A stretch of 64,000 nucleotides of DNA, from NCBI GenBank assembly GCA_963761985.1, contig CAVXIT010000003.1, positions 55,237-119,236 of the forward strand, given 5' to 3'. A program made the position numbers and the translations under genes. The notes beneath the pieces are model-generated. The model did not search any database. It worked only from the letters and a program-made list of their open reading frames with translations, and had not been told where the DNA came from. The stretch's first letter is position 1. Each line of letters starts with the position of its first letter. Below are positions 49,558 to 59,935 of the stretch, in pieces. The DNA comes from an uncultured Acidimicrobiia bacterium (GTDB lineage Bacteria; Actinomycetota; Acidimicrobiia; Spongiisociales; ZC4RG35).

Positions 49558-50682
49558 ATGGTCAAAATTCTCCACACAGCCGACTGGCACGTCGGGCGCA
49601 CCATCCGTGGCCGCTCCCGGGAGGACGAGCACCGCGCGGTTCTGGCCGAGATCGCGTCGATTGCCGCGGATGAGCAAGTCGACCTGGTCTTGCTCGCCGG
49701 CGATGTCTTCGATGGGCCGGCGCCCAGTCCGACCACCGAAGAGATCGTCTATCAAGGTTTACTCGCCTTGGCCAACGTCGCTCCGGTCGTACTGGTGGCC
49801 GGTAACCATGACAGTCCGAGTCGGCTCAGTGCGGTAGAACCGCTGCTCCGGCTTGGGCGGGTGCAGGTTGGTGCCCGCGTCGCTCGCGAGGGGACCGTCG
49901 ACTTCGAAGATCTGGCCACGAGGATCGCCCTCGTTCCTTTCATCAGCAAGAAAGGAATCATCCGCGCCGAGCAGATCCTTTCTCTCGACAGCACCGAGTT
50001 ACGGACCGAGTTCGCCGACCGGATCAAGGAGATCATCGCCGCCCTCTGTGCCGGGATGACGATCGACACCGTCAACATCGTCCTCGGTCATCTCATGGTT
50101 CACGGCGGCCAAACCGGGGGAGGTGAACGGTCAGCGCATCTTTTCGAGTACGCGATCCCCACGGCGAGCTTTCCGAGTCATTTCAACTATGTGGCCCTCG
50201 GGCATCTTCATCGCCCCCAGCGAATTCCTGCCGCGGTGCCGACCTGGTACGCGGGCTCACCGCTCCAACTCGACTTCGGCGAGGAGAAGGATCGCAACGC
50301 GGTGCTGCTCGTGACTGCCGAGCCGAGCCTGCCTGCCGTGGTTGAACCCCGTTATCTCGAAGCCGGGCGACGGTTGGCGACATTGCGGGGCACGCTCGAG
50401 GAGATCCGGGGGGCCGACGTAGGCGACGCGTATCTGCGCATCGAGCTTGACGATCCCCTCCGGATCGGGCTGCTCGAAGAAACCCGTCAGCTCTTTCCAA
50501 ACGCGGTAGAGGTACGGCTGCGATCACCTTCGCCGGGGGATGCGAGCCGCGGTCCGGGGAGGATCGGACGTCCGCCAGCCGAGTTGTTCGCCGACTATCT
50601 CGAAGGCAGGTCGATTGCCGATCGCCGTCTCAACGAGCTTTTTGCAGAGCTTCTCGCCGAGGCGCAGGAGGCAAGCGTATGA
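49558..50682 (+). CDS. sbcD: Mre11/SbcD-family nuclease
   Basis: 'ILHTADWHVG', 'LLAGDVFD', 'VLVAGNHDS', 'GHLMVHG', 'YVALGHLHRPQ'. Confidence 0.85.
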   Translation: MVKILHTADWHVGRTIRGRSREDEHRAVLAEIASIAADEQVDLVLLAGDVFDGPAPSPTTEEIVYQGLLALANVAPVVLVAGNHDSPSRLSAVEPLLRLGRVQVGARVAREGTVDFEDLATRIALVPFISKKGIIRAEQILSLDSTELRTEFADRIKEIIAALCAGMTIDTVNIVLGHLMVHGGQTGGGERSAHLFEYAIPTASFPSHFNYVALGHLHRPQRIPAAVPTWYAGSPLQLDFGEEKDRNAVLLVTAEPSLPAVVEPRYLEAGRRLATLRGTLEEIRGADVGDAYLRIELDDPLRIGLLEETRQLFPNAVEVRLRSPSPGDASRGPGRIGRPPAELFADYLEGRSIADRRLNELFAELLAEAQEASV

Positions 50683-53006
50683 GACCGCTGCGGCTTCACC
50701 TCCACGGATTTGGGATCTTCTCCGGGCCGACGGAGATCGACTTCACCGACGTCGAATTGTTCGCCTTGACGGGTCCCACCGGCTCAGGGAAGACCACGAT
50801 CCTCGACGGCATTTGTTTTGCGCTCTACGGCGCGGTCCCCCGACACGGTGAGGGGTCGGTTGCGCCAATTGTCAACCAGCAGATGAACGAGGCGACGGTC
50901 ATGCTCAAGTTCTCTCTTGATGGGGCGACCTATTCGGTGGCGCGACGCGTCCGCCGATCAGGCACGGGAGCGACCACCGGCGAGGCCAGCCTCGAACGCG
51001 ACGGGGAAGTGCTCGCGGCCTCGGCGGGCAGTGTCACGGCTGCGCTCGAAAATCTCCTCGGGCTCGACTTTCGCCAGTTCACGACTTGTGTTCTCTTGCC
51101 TCAAGGCGAGTTCGCCCGCTTCCTCAACGAGCGCCCCGCCAAACGACAGGAGCTGCTTGGCGCCCTGCTCGATCTCGGGCTTTACGACATCATTGCCGGC
51201 CTTGCTAGCGGGCGTGGCAAGGAAGCGGAGGGAAAGCAGACGATCCTCACTCAACGATTGGCCGAACTTTCCCGCATCACCGAGACAGACCTCGAGTCGC
51301 TTCGCACCCGCCAAAAGGAATTGGAAGCGCTCAGCACGCGTCTCGGCAAATCCCTCGCCAATCTCGACCAGCTACGCGCTGCGGCTACTTTCGAACGGCA
51401 ATCCCTGGAAGCAGTCGTTTCATCGCACGCTCTGTTGACCAGCGTCGAGCCCCCGAAGGGCTGGAAGGAAATTGGCCGGCTCGTTGCGCTGTTCACGGCG
51501 AAAAAGCTCGAGTCAGGCACCGAACAGGAGGCGGCCGCGCGGCTCTACACCGACTTGTCCGAGGTCGAACATCCCGCCCGCACCCAGATCGAGCGTTTTC
51601 TCCAGGCGCGCGCAGATCATTCGACGCTGGCCGAAAACTTGCCGGCGCTCTCGGCCGAGCTCGCGCAGCGACAAGCGGTGATGGTTGCTACGACGGAAAC
51701 GCTGGTAGCTGCGGAGCGAGCCCACGAGGACGAGATCAACGCAGATCGGGCGGCTCACATCCGCGCTGGGCTCAAGGTGGGGGACCCCTGTCCGGTCTGC
51801 GGTGAGAAAATCACCAAATTGGCCCGCGGCAAGGCCAGCAGCCGGCTCGTTACGCAAACGAAGGCTCTGGAGAAAGCCAAGTCAGCCGCGACGGCGGCCG
51901 AGGTCCATCTGAAAGAATTCGCCACACAACTCGCCTTGGCCGAAGGGCGCCTCGGCGAGCTCGAGACTGAATTGGTCGACGTCGACTCAGTCGAGGTCCT
52001 CAGCCAGCAGCTCAAGGACATAGCCGACCACGAGGTCGCGCTTGGAGCGGCCCGGGCGAGATTGGCTGCAGCCCGCGTCGAGGTCGACCGAGTGGGCCAA
52101 GAAGCCGTCGAGATGGAGGCACGTCTCGGCCAGGTGCGCGAAGCGCTGAACTCGGTTTGGCCCCAGCTGTCATCGCTCGAGCCACCGCTCCTCGACCGGG
52201 CCCAGCCGGTTGAGGCGTGGGAGGAGATCATCGCCTGGCGGGACCAACGCATCCCTGTCCTTCAGGCCAGACGAGCCGAGGCCGAGAAGCGCGTCGCAGC
52301 CGCCGAGGCTGAGACGCGTGAGGCCGAAGAAGGTCTTCGGGCAGATCTGGCGGTGGCTGGTCTCGTATCTGACGTCACCGGCGCACGCGAGGCCGTCGCA
52401 GTGGCGCAAACGGACATCGCCACGGCCATTGCCCGGGTGGAGGAAGCGCACGAGGAAGCCGGACGGGTCACCCAAGAACGCGACACGGCACTAGCGCAGC
52501 GGGACGTCGCGAAGAAGCTCGCGTCCGAGCTCGCGGCCAACAAGTTCAAGAAGTGGATCTTCGACGAGATCTTTGCCGCGCTGGTGGCCGGCGCCAACCT
52601 TCGCCTTTCCGACCTCACCTCGGGCCAGTACGCGCTTGCCGTCACCAACAACGATTTCGAGGTGATCGATCATTTCGCCGCCGACCACCGCCGGGGGATC
52701 AAGTCGCTCTCCGGAGGGGAAACTTTTCTGGTTTCACTGGCCCTGGCGGTGGCGCTTGCCGACGAGGTGGCAGCGACCGCCGGCAACCACGTTGCCCTCG
52801 ACTCACTCTTCCTCGACGAAGGATTCGGAACGCTCGACAACGAATCGCTCGATGTCGTCGCGCGGGTTATCGCCGAACTTGGAGCAGCCGGGAAGACCGT
52901 TGGGATCGTGACTCATGTCGAAGAGCTCGCCGAGCAAATGCCGGTCAGATACGAGGTTCGACGAAGTGACAACTCCGCCACGGTGACTCAGGTAGGGATG
53001 GCATGA
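50679..53006 (+). CDS. sbcC: Rad50/SbcC-family SMC-like ATPase with zinc hook (short, 775 aa)
   Basis: ATGA overlap. 'LTGPTGSGKTTILDGICFALYG'. Central 'GDPCPVCGE' hook between coiled coils. 'LSGGETFLVSLALAVAL' and 'LFLDEGFGTLD'. Confidence 0.85.
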   Translation: MRPLRLHLHGFGIFSGPTEIDFTDVELFALTGPTGSGKTTILDGICFALYGAVPRHGEGSVAPIVNQQMNEATVMLKFSLDGATYSVARRVRRSGTGATTGEASLERDGEVLAASAGSVTAALENLLGLDFRQFTTCVLLPQGEFARFLNERPAKRQELLGALLDLGLYDIIAGLASGRGKEAEGKQTILTQRLAELSRITETDLESLRTRQKELEALSTRLGKSLANLDQLRAAATFERQSLEAVVSSHALLTSVEPPKGWKEIGRLVALFTAKKLESGTEQEAAARLYTDLSEVEHPARTQIERFLQARADHSTLAENLPALSAELAQRQAVMVATTETLVAAERAHEDEINADRAAHIRAGLKVGDPCPVCGEKITKLARGKASSRLVTQTKALEKAKSAATAAEVHLKEFATQLALAEGRLGELETELVDVDSVEVLSQQLKDIADHEVALGAARARLAAARVEVDRVGQEAVEMEARLGQVREALNSVWPQLSSLEPPLLDRAQPVEAWEEIIAWRDQRIPVLQARRAEAEKRVAAAEAETREAEEGLRADLAVAGLVSDVTGAREAVAVAQTDIATAIARVEEAHEEAGRVTQERDTALAQRDVAKKLASELAANKFKKWIFDEIFAALVAGANLRLSDLTSGQYALAVTNNDFEVIDHFAADHRRGIKSLSGGETFLVSLALAVALADEVAATAGNHVALDSLFLDEGFGTLDNESLDVVARVIAELGAAGKTVGIVTHVEELAEQMPVRYEVRRSDNSATVTQVGMA

Positions 53007-53911
53007 AATTCTCGGTGCAGGCGTGGGCCGCCGAGTACGGACCGACCGCAGGTCTCGAACTAGCTGAGGGCGAGAGCATCGATGCCTCGGTCGAACTCGC
53101 AGAAGGCGAGTGGCGTCCGCTTGGGGTAAGGGCCGAGCCGGCGCCCGAAGCCCTGTTCGTCGATGGGGTCAGACGCGTCGACGCCAACCTGTGGATCGAA
53201 GGTCCTGATGGTGTTGCTGTCCTCGCGCTGGCCGCGAGCTATGCCGCGGGCGCGGTCTTGAGTAATCACAAGGCGGTGGTAGTCGGCGAGGAGGTGCGGA
53301 GAGGGATTTTCACCTCCGCGGCTAACGCGGAATCGGTGGCGACGCCCTATGGCCCTTATCAGGTCCATCTATCGGAAGGAGAGCTGGCGGAGACCCTGTG
53401 GCTCAGTCTCCAGGGTCAGATGTCCGTGCTTGAGGGATTGGTGGCAGCCGCTCATGCCGATGCCCCTCTGATAATCGTCGACGGACCTCTTTCGCATCGA
53501 CGTCATGTTCCGGGAGCAGTCGGCTATATCAAGACCCAACACGTTCACTATCTCCCCGAGAAACTGCGACCGATCCTGGGCGCCCTCGGGGCAGGCGAGC
53601 GCACTCCGATTTTTCTTATCGGTGGGGGAGCCTGGAATCGGCTCTCGTGGTACGCCAAGCTTCCCCTCAAGTCGTCGGGCGGCGTCGATGGGCTGATACG
53701 CGCCGAGGTGGCCGCGGGTGACGTCGTGTCCGCTCGCCGCGTTGCCGACGTCATGACAGCCACGATCGTTCGCTTCGCCTCAGCGGCGCACAAAGACCCG
53801 CGCGCTCCGCAAAACCTCTATCCGATCGGTGGGCTCGAACGGCGCCTTCGCCATCGACTCGGGAATCGGGATCTGCTGGTGCGGGGCCTGCGCCGGCTCG
53901 CTGCTAGTTAA
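53003..53911 (+). CDS. nurA: NurA-like nuclease candidate
   Basis: ATGA overlap with sbcC. Motifs typical of NurA (RNase H-like fold): 'ALFVDGVRRVDANLW' and 'APLIIVDGPLSHRRH', then 'GYIKTQH' and 'LSWYAKLP'. The call rests on motifs and context only. Confidence 0.5.
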   Translation: MKFSVQAWAAEYGPTAGLELAEGESIDASVELAEGEWRPLGVRAEPAPEALFVDGVRRVDANLWIEGPDGVAVLALAASYAAGAVLSNHKAVVVGEEVRRGIFTSAANAESVATPYGPYQVHLSEGELAETLWLSLQGQMSVLEGLVAAAHADAPLIIVDGPLSHRRHVPGAVGYIKTQHVHYLPEKLRPILGALGAGERTPIFLIGGGAWNRLSWYAKLPLKSSGGVDGLIRAEVAAGDVVSARRVADVMTATIVRFASAAHKDPRAPQNLYPIGGLERRLRHRLGNRDLLVRGLRRLAAS

Positions 53912-53920
53912 GGTCGCCGC

Positions 53921-54367
53921 ATGTTTGGGTCGATTTCGGAACTCGACGATGCCGTCGGGACTCACCTCGGCTACTCGGATTGGATCGAGATCACTCAGGA
54001 GCGCATCAACCTGTTTGCCGAGGCGACGAGTGATCACCAGTGGATCCACGTCGACCCCGAAAGAGCGGCCTCGGGGCCATTCGGCACCACGATCGCTCAT
54101 GGCTATCTAACTCTGTCTTTGGCGGTTCCGGCGACCGAGCAACTGCTCAAGGTCGAAGGATCGCAAATGGGGATCAACTACGGAGCCAACAAGGTGCGAT
54201 TCATCTCGCCGGTGCCGGTCGGTTCTCGGGTGAGGGCGGGAGCAGCCGTCGCCGCCGTGGAGGACTTTGGCGGCGGAAGGGCAGTCACCCTTGATGTCAT
54301 TTTCGAAATCGACGGAACCGAAAAGCCGGCTTGCGTTGCCCAGGTGATATTCCGGATCTACGGCTAG
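53921..54367 (+). CDS. MaoC-family (R)-specific enoyl-CoA hydratase / dehydratase
   Basis: 'FAEATSDHQWIHVDPERAASGPFGTTIAHGYLTLS'. Confidence 0.85.
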   Translation: MFGSISELDDAVGTHLGYSDWIEITQERINLFAEATSDHQWIHVDPERAASGPFGTTIAHGYLTLSLAVPATEQLLKVEGSQMGINYGANKVRFISPVPVGSRVRAGAAVAAVEDFGGGRAVTLDVIFEIDGTEKPACVAQVIFRIYG

Positions 54368-55359
54368 CTCTCAGCTTTCGAGGCGCGAGTCATCAAACTC
54401 ATCACGGCTTGACGCGGGTGATGACCCTCATAGAGGACTTTTCCAACCTGCTCGGCAATCGGCATTTCGACTGCAGCTCTTGCGGCGAGTTCGAGGACTG
54501 CCTTGGTGGTTTTGATCCCCTCGGCGACCATGTTCATCTCGCCCGTTATCTCGTTTAGTTTCCTGCCGGCGGCCAGACCGACTCCGACCCGGTGGTTGCG
54601 GCTCTGCGTTGACGTGCAGGTGGCGATGAGATCGCCCATCCCGGCGAGCCCGGCGAAGGTCGCCGGAGTGCCACCGAGTGCTACGCCGAGCCGGGTCAAT
54701 TCCGCCAGGGCGCGGGTGATGAGAGCGGCGCGGGTGTTGTCACCGAAGCCGAGCCCCGTTGACATGCCGGCGGCGATCGCCATGACGTTCTTCAGGCTGC
54801 CTGCCAGCTCACAACCAACCACGTCGTCGTTGGTGTAGATCCGAAAGGTGGGGCCGCTGAACGTGGCCTGAACGAGGGTCGCCGCGGTTTCGTCCTTCAT
54901 CGCCACCACTGCCGCGGTAGGGCTCCCGGCCATGACTTCTGCAGCAAGGTTGGGACCGGTGAGAACCCCAACTCGATCGGGGTCGTGATCGGAGAACCCG
55001 GTCGCAATCAACTCCGTCATCCGCTGGAGCGAGTCGACCTCGATGCCTTTGGTGAGCGAAATCACCGGGACGTCTGGGCGAATTGCTCCGATTTCCTCGA
55101 TGACTTGACGGAATCCATGTGAGGGAACCGCCACCGCCAGAATCGTCGCACCCGCGACAGCCTCGGCAAGATCCGAAGTAGAACGCAATCCAAACGGGAG
55201 ACGCACTCCTGGTAGATAGTCCGGATTCTCGGCCCGGGTGTTGATCGCCTCGGCGAGTTCAGGCCGGCGGGCCCACAATGTCACGGCGTGCTGTCGGGCT
55301 GCGAGCGCCGCGACCGAGGTGCCCCATGACCCGGCTCCGATTACCGCGACTTGTTCCAT
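54364..55359 (-). CDS. gpsA: NAD(P)H-dependent glycerol-3-phosphate dehydrogenase
   Basis: From ATG 55359: 'MEQVAVIGAGSWGTSVA', 'NPDYLPG', 'GPNLAAEV', 'LKNVMAIAAG'. Confidence 0.9.
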   Translation of the reverse strand: MEQVAVIGAGSWGTSVAALAARQHAVTLWARRPELAEAINTRAENPDYLPGVRLPFGLRSTSDLAEAVAGATILAVAVPSHGFRQVIEEIGAIRPDVPVISLTKGIEVDSLQRMTELIATGFSDHDPDRVGVLTGPNLAAEVMAGSPTAAVVAMKDETAATLVQATFSGPTFRIYTNDDVVGCELAGSLKNVMAIAAGMSTGLGFGDNTRAALITRALAELTRLGVALGGTPATFAGLAGMGDLIATCTSTQSRNHRVGVGLAAGRKLNEITGEMNMVAEGIKTTKAVLELAARAAVEMPIAEQVGKVLYEGHHPRQAVMSLMTRASKAES

Positions 55360-55426
55360 GGAGGGCCAAGGTAATTGACACTGCCCGGACCGGGTTGTCT
55401 CGATGTCAGCCACAATGCCCGGCTCT

Positions 55427-56500
55427 ATGGCACGCCTCGGAATCGTCGGCTTCACGAACTCGGGCAAAACGACACTCTTCAACGCTCTGACCGGCCTCGA
55501 CATGCCTACTGCCGCTCATCCTTACAGCACGCTTGAGCCGAATGTCGGCGTGGCCCGGGTCCCCGACGCGCAGCTCGCGCGGGTTGCTGAATTGGAGGGA
55601 TCGGCCAAGGTCGTGGAGGCGACTCTCGAATTGATCGACCTCCCGGCCATGACCAAGTCCGGTTCTGGAACCTCAGGCCATCACCTGGCTCGATTGCGCG
55701 ACGTCGAAGCCGTAGCTGTGACGCTGCGTGCATTTGGTGACCCATCCGTTCCCGATGACGGAGTCGGAACCGATCCCGTCGCTCAAGCGGAGGAGCTGTT
55801 GTTGGAACTGGCTGTGGCCGACCACGACGTTTTCTCGCGGAAGCGAGAACGGCTGGCTAAAGAAGCCAGCGCTGACAAGACGAAACTCGGCGCTGCCGCC
55901 GCAGTTGCCGAGGCCACAGAGGTGCTCGCCGGAGGGGAAGCGCTCCGTTTGCGGGATTGGACCGAGGAGGCTCTGGCTGCGTTTCGAGATCTGGTTCCAC
56001 TCACACTCAAGCCGATGGTGTGGGTGATCAACGTCGACGAGGACACAACCGAAACCGAGTCTTTGACGACGGCTTTGCGATCGGTCGTCCCGGCAGGGGA
56101 CGAAGTTGTTGTCATTAGCGCCAAGCTCGAAGCTGAAGGAGCACAGTTGTCGGCGATTGAGCGTGCCGAGCTTTTCGAGGGGCTCGGCCTCGGTGAGGGT
56201 GCGCTCGCTCTGATGGTCAGGGCGACCTACCTGAGCTTGGGGCTGATCTCCTTTTATACCGTCGGTCCCAAGGAGTCGCGCGCCTGGACGGTGCGAGCCG
56301 GGGCTCTAGCTCCGGAGGCAGCCGGAAAGATTCACTCGGATCTCGAACGCGGGTTCATTCGTGCCGAGGTTGCGTCGATCGAAACGGTTATTGCGGCCGG
56401 TGGTTGGGACGAGGCAAAACGCGCCGGTGAGGTCAGAGTTGAGGGAAAGAACTATCAGGTCATTCCCGGCGATGTGCTGCTGATCCGCTTCTCGGTATGA
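55427..56500 (+). CDS. ychF: Redox-regulated ATPase YchF (Obg-like)
   Basis: 'MARLGIVGFTNSGKTTLFNALTG' and C-terminal TGS-like 'GFIRAEV...KNYQVIPGDVLLIRF'. Confidence 0.9.
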   Translation: MARLGIVGFTNSGKTTLFNALTGLDMPTAAHPYSTLEPNVGVARVPDAQLARVAELEGSAKVVEATLELIDLPAMTKSGSGTSGHHLARLRDVEAVAVTLRAFGDPSVPDDGVGTDPVAQAEELLLELAVADHDVFSRKRERLAKEASADKTKLGAAAAVAEATEVLAGGEALRLRDWTEEALAAFRDLVPLTLKPMVWVINVDEDTTETESLTTALRSVVPAGDEVVVISAKLEAEGAQLSAIERAELFEGLGLGEGALALMVRATYLSLGLISFYTVGPKESRAWTVRAGALAPEAAGKIHSDLERGFIRAEVASIETVIAAGGWDEAKRAGEVRVEGKNYQVIPGDVLLIRFSV

Positions 56501-56508
56501 GTCCTGCC

Positions 56509-56579
56509 TTGCCAGCAAGTTGCCAAGCAAATTGCCGGGTGAATTGCCGAATGAATTGCCAAGTGAATTGATTGTCAAG
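56509..56579. repeat. Tandem array of six ~12-bp TTGCC-core repeats
   Basis: 'TTGCCAGCAAG TTGCCAAGCAAA TTGCCGGGTGAA TTGCCGAATGAA TTGCCAAGTGAA TTGATTGTCAAG', directly after the ychF stop. Confidence 0.7.
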
Positions 56580-56828
56580 ACAGCCGCCGCGTATGATCCG
56601 AGCTGGCCGCATGGTGCCCCCACACCGAGCGGCGTAACCCCACGACAGGGTTTTGAGCGGGAACCCCCCTGGCGCCCGCCCGATGGAGTCCCTGTCGAGC
56701 CCTTCGCGAGAAGGGCGGGCGGGGCTCCGGTTCCCCCCTTGCCGGAGCCCCGCACACCTTTCGGACGCGTGTGTCCACAAGATCAGTTTGTTTGCGCCTC
56801 CCTCGGTTAGCCTTGTGGTGCTTTAGAT

Positions 56829-56934
56829 CCGAATGGGAGAGACCTCCCAAATTGAATCGATTGATTCTTGACTTGGGGAGGTCGCCGAAGGGGCAACTGC
56901 TCCCCGCAATCTCTCAGGCCGAAGGACCATTCGG
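56829..56934 (+). promoter_or_regulatory. Glycine riboswitch (single aptamer) upstream of gcvP
   Basis: P1 pairs 'CCGAATGG' with 'CCATTCGG'. Conserved cores 'GGGAGAG', 'CGCCGAAGGGGCAA' and 'CTCTCAGGCcgAAGGAC'. It lies 55 nt upstream of the gcvP start. Confidence 0.8.
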
Positions 56935-56988
56935 TGAGGCGAGGCTGAAGGCATGAGGCCGACAGTCGGGGAAAGAAGGGATGAGCGA

Positions 56989-59820
56989 ATGGAGTTGCTC
57001 ACCGAGTTTTCCCGACGACACATCGGTCCTCGACCGGCCGACGTGCAAAAAATGCTGGCCGAGATCGGTGCCGCCTCGCTGGACGATCTCATCGCCCAGA
57101 CCGTGCCCGGTTCGATTCGCTCGAGCGACGATCTCTTGCTCGACCCACCGCTTACCGAGCCCGAGGCGCTCGATGAACTCCGGCGGCTTGCGCGTGAGAA
57201 CCAGGTGCTCACGTCGATGATCGGTCTCGGCTATTACGACACCTACACCCCGGCGGTCATCCGACGCAATGTTCTCGAAAACCCTGCCTGGTACACCGCC
57301 TATACGCCCTATCAACCCGAGATCTCTCAGGGCCGGCTCGAGGTGCTACTGACCTATCAAACGATGGTGTCGGACCTCACCGGATTGGATCTCGCCAACG
57401 CCTCCTTGCTCGACGAGGGGACCGCGGCAGCCGAAGCGATGACCATGTGCCGCCGTCTGGCCGGGGCCGCATCCGAGTCCACAGTCTTTTGGGTAGACAG
57501 CGATTGCAACCCTCAGACCATCGCGGTCTTGACCACGAGGGCGGAGCCGGTTGGCGTGGAGGTCCGGGTTGCCCATCCCCACGAATTCGACCTGTCCGAT
57601 GCATTTGGCATCCTTCTCGCCTACCCGGGCTCGTCCGGCGAGATTGCCGACCATCAGGCAACCGTCCAGGAGGCCCACAAGGCGGGCGCGCTGGTTGCCG
57701 TCGTCACCGATCTCCTTGCCCTCACTTTGCTTCCCCCGCCCGGATCCTGGGGCGCCGACATCGCGGTGGGTTCGTCGCAGCGCTTCGGGGTCCCGATGGG
57801 ATTTGGCGGACCACACGCCGCTTTCATCTCCACCAGAGACTCGTTGGTGCGAGCGCTGCCTGGCCGATTGGTTGGTGCGGCAAAAGACCGGGCGGGGCGC
57901 ACGGCCTTTCGTCTCGCCCTTCAGACCCGAGAACAGCACATTCGACGAGAACGAGCCACTTCCAACGTCTGCACTGCCCAGGTGCTGCTGGCGGTGATGG
58001 CGGCGCTATACGCGTGCTGGCATGGCCCTGAAGGCCTGGTCGCGATTGCCCGCACGATCCATCATCTTGCCGGCCGCCTGGTCGCCTCCCTGCGGAGTGC
58101 AGGTCTTGAAGTCGAGAACAGCCAATGGTTTGACACCATCACCGTCCGGGCCGAAGGGAGGGCCGATGAAATTGTGACCTCGGCTCGCGCAAGCGGAATC
58201 AACTTGCGCCGCGTCGACCCCGACCGGGTCGCCATCTCTTTCGACGAGACCCATGGCGATGACGATCTCGAGCGGTTGGCCACGATTTTCGATATTGACC
58301 TCGTCGACCGCGCCGAATCCGGAATCCATGACTTCAGGCAAGGAGAGTTTCTGACTCACGAGGTCTTTCACCGCTACCGCTCCGAGCACGAGATGCTGCG
58401 CTATCTGCGCCGTTTGGCCGAGCGTGACCTTGCGCTTGACCGGACGATGATCCCGCTGGGCTCATGCACCATGAAACTGAATGCCACCACGGAGATGCTC
58501 CCGATCACGATGGAAGGTTTTGCGCGGATGCATCCCTTCGCCCCCTCGGAGCAAACGGCCGGGTATCGCCACCTCATCTCTGAGTTGGAGTCCTATCTCG
58601 AGGAGATAACTGGCTACGCCAAAGTCTCGCTGCAACCGAACGCCGGCTCCCAGGGCGAGCTCGCCGGTCTTTTGGCCATCAAGGCCTATCACCGATCCCG
58701 CGGGGACAACGAACGCAACCTCTGTCTGATCCCCTCCTCCGCGCATGGGACCAACGCCGCTTCGGCGGTGATGGCCGGCATGCGGGTTCTGGTCGTCGCT
58801 TGCGACAAAGATGGCAACGTTGATCTCACCGATCTCGAAGAAAAAGCTGCGGCCAACGCTGAACGACTGGCGGCGGCGATGGTGACCTACCCGTCGACAC
58901 ATGGGGTCTTCGAGGAGGGCATCACCAGACTCTGCGAGATCGTCCATCAACACGGAGGTCAGGTCTACGTCGATGGGGCCAACCTCAATGCGCTCGTTGG
59001 GCTGGCGCGGCCCGGCCGCTTTGGCGCCGACGTCTCCCATCTCAACCTCCACAAGACTTTCACCATCCCTCACGGTGGGGGCGGTCCCGGGGTCGGACCG
59101 ATCGGGGTTGGTGCCCATCTCGTCCCGTTTCTCCCCAACCATCCTTTGGTCGAAGGCGCCGGACCGGATACGGGGATCGGACCGATCTCGTCTGCCCCGT
59201 GGGGCTCGGCCGGGATACTGCCGATCCCATACACCTACATCAGGCTCATGGGGGCGGCGGGGCTCCGCCGGGCAACCGAGGTGGCGATTCTCAACGCCAA
59301 CTACCTTGCCCAGAAACTGCATCCCCACTTTCCCGTGCTTTACACCGGGCGGGGGGAGCGGGTTGCCCACGAATGCATCCTCGACCTACGCCCGATCGCC
59401 AAGACCACCGGCATAACTGCCGAGGACGTGACCAAGCGTCTCGCCGACTACGGGTTTCATGCTCCGACCTTGAGCTTTCCCGTTCCTGGCACGTTGATGA
59501 TCGAGCCGACCGAGAGCGAGTCGCTCGAGGAGCTGGACCGTTTCTGTGAGGCAATGATCGCAATCCGAGCAGAGATTGCAAGAGTCGAAAACGGGGAGTG
59601 GACCGAGGCTGACAACCCCTTGCGCAACGCACCCCACACGGCTGAGGACGTCGTCGACGATAAGTGGGAGAGGCCCTACTCCCGCGAGTTGGCGGCTTTC
59701 CCGGTTGAGCGACTACGTCGGGGCAAATACTGGCCGCCGGTGTCCCGAATCGATCAGGCAGGCGGGGACCGAAACCTGATCTGTGCGTGCCCGCCACTGT
59801 CGGAGTACAGCCCGGATTGA
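56989..59820 (+). CDS. gcvP: Glycine dehydrogenase (decarboxylating), single-chain P-protein
   Basis: 'FSRRHIGP', '[14 protein letters not shown]', PLP region '[22 protein letters not shown]'. ATG 56989 is preferred over 56953 (RBS 'GAAGGGA'). Confidence 0.9.
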   Translation: MELLTEFSRRHIGPRPADVQKMLAEIGAASLDDLIAQTVPGSIRSSDDLLLDPPLTEPEALDELRRLARENQVLTSMIGLGYYDTYTPAVIRRNVLENPAWYTAYTPYQPEISQGRLEVLLTYQTMVSDLTGLDLANASLLDEGTAAAEAMTMCRRLAGAASESTVFWVDSDCNPQTIAVLTTRAEPVGVEVRVAHPHEFDLSDAFGILLAYPGSSGEIADHQATVQEAHKAGALVAVVTDLLALTLLPPPGSWGADIAVGSSQRFGVPMGFGGPHAAFISTRDSLVRALPGRLVGAAKDRAGRTAFRLALQTREQHIRRERATSNVCTAQVLLAVMAALYACWHGPEGLVAIARTIHHLAGRLVASLRSAGLEVENSQWFDTITVRAEGRADEIVTSARASGINLRRVDPDRVAISFDETHGDDDLERLATIFDIDLVDRAESGIHDFRQGEFLTHEVFHRYRSEHEMLRYLRRLAERDLALDRTMIPLGSCTMKLNATTEMLPITMEGFARMHPFAPSEQTAGYRHLISELESYLEEITGYAKVSLQPNAGSQGELAGLLAIKAYHRSRGDNERNLCLIPSSAHGTNAASAVMAGMRVLVVACDKDGNVDLTDLEEKAAANAERLAAAMVTYPSTHGVFEEGITRLCEIVHQHGGQVYVDGANLNALVGLARPGRFGADVSHLNLHKTFTIPHGGGGPGVGPIGVGAHLVPFLPNHPLVEGAGPDTGIGPISSAPWGSAGILPIPYTYIRLMGAAGLRRATEVAILNANYLAQKLHPHFPVLYTGRGERVAHECILDLRPIAKTTGITAEDVTKRLADYGFHAPTLSFPVPGTLMIEPTESESLEELDRFCEAMIAIRAEIARVENGEWTEADNPLRNAPHTAEDVVDDKWERPYSRELAAFPVERLRRGKYWPPVSRIDQAGGDRNLICACPPLSEYSPD

Positions 59821-59935
59821 GCCGGTTTTCCCTGTTATAAGGCTCGGACCTCATTCTTGCTTGACGATCCCCTACAGCGGTGGGATCGTGATTCCGATTG
59901 AGTACTAGTCCTGACGGTTTTTCCGAGAGGATTGC

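Noticed and set aside
56509-56579. CRISPR array?
   Set aside because: The units are about 12 bp, contiguous and without spacers. The TCAGA heptads are likewise too short. The only Cas-like gene (Cas4-like, 32522..33307) has no cas1/cas2 or array nearby.
56580-56828. Second (tandem) glycine aptamer, cobalamin, TPP or c-di-AMP riboswitch
   Set aside because: I cannot find the conserved cores (GGAGAG...ACCGAAGGGGCAA, the B12 box, CTGAGA...ACCTGA, and so on). I left the region as an unexplained structured region.
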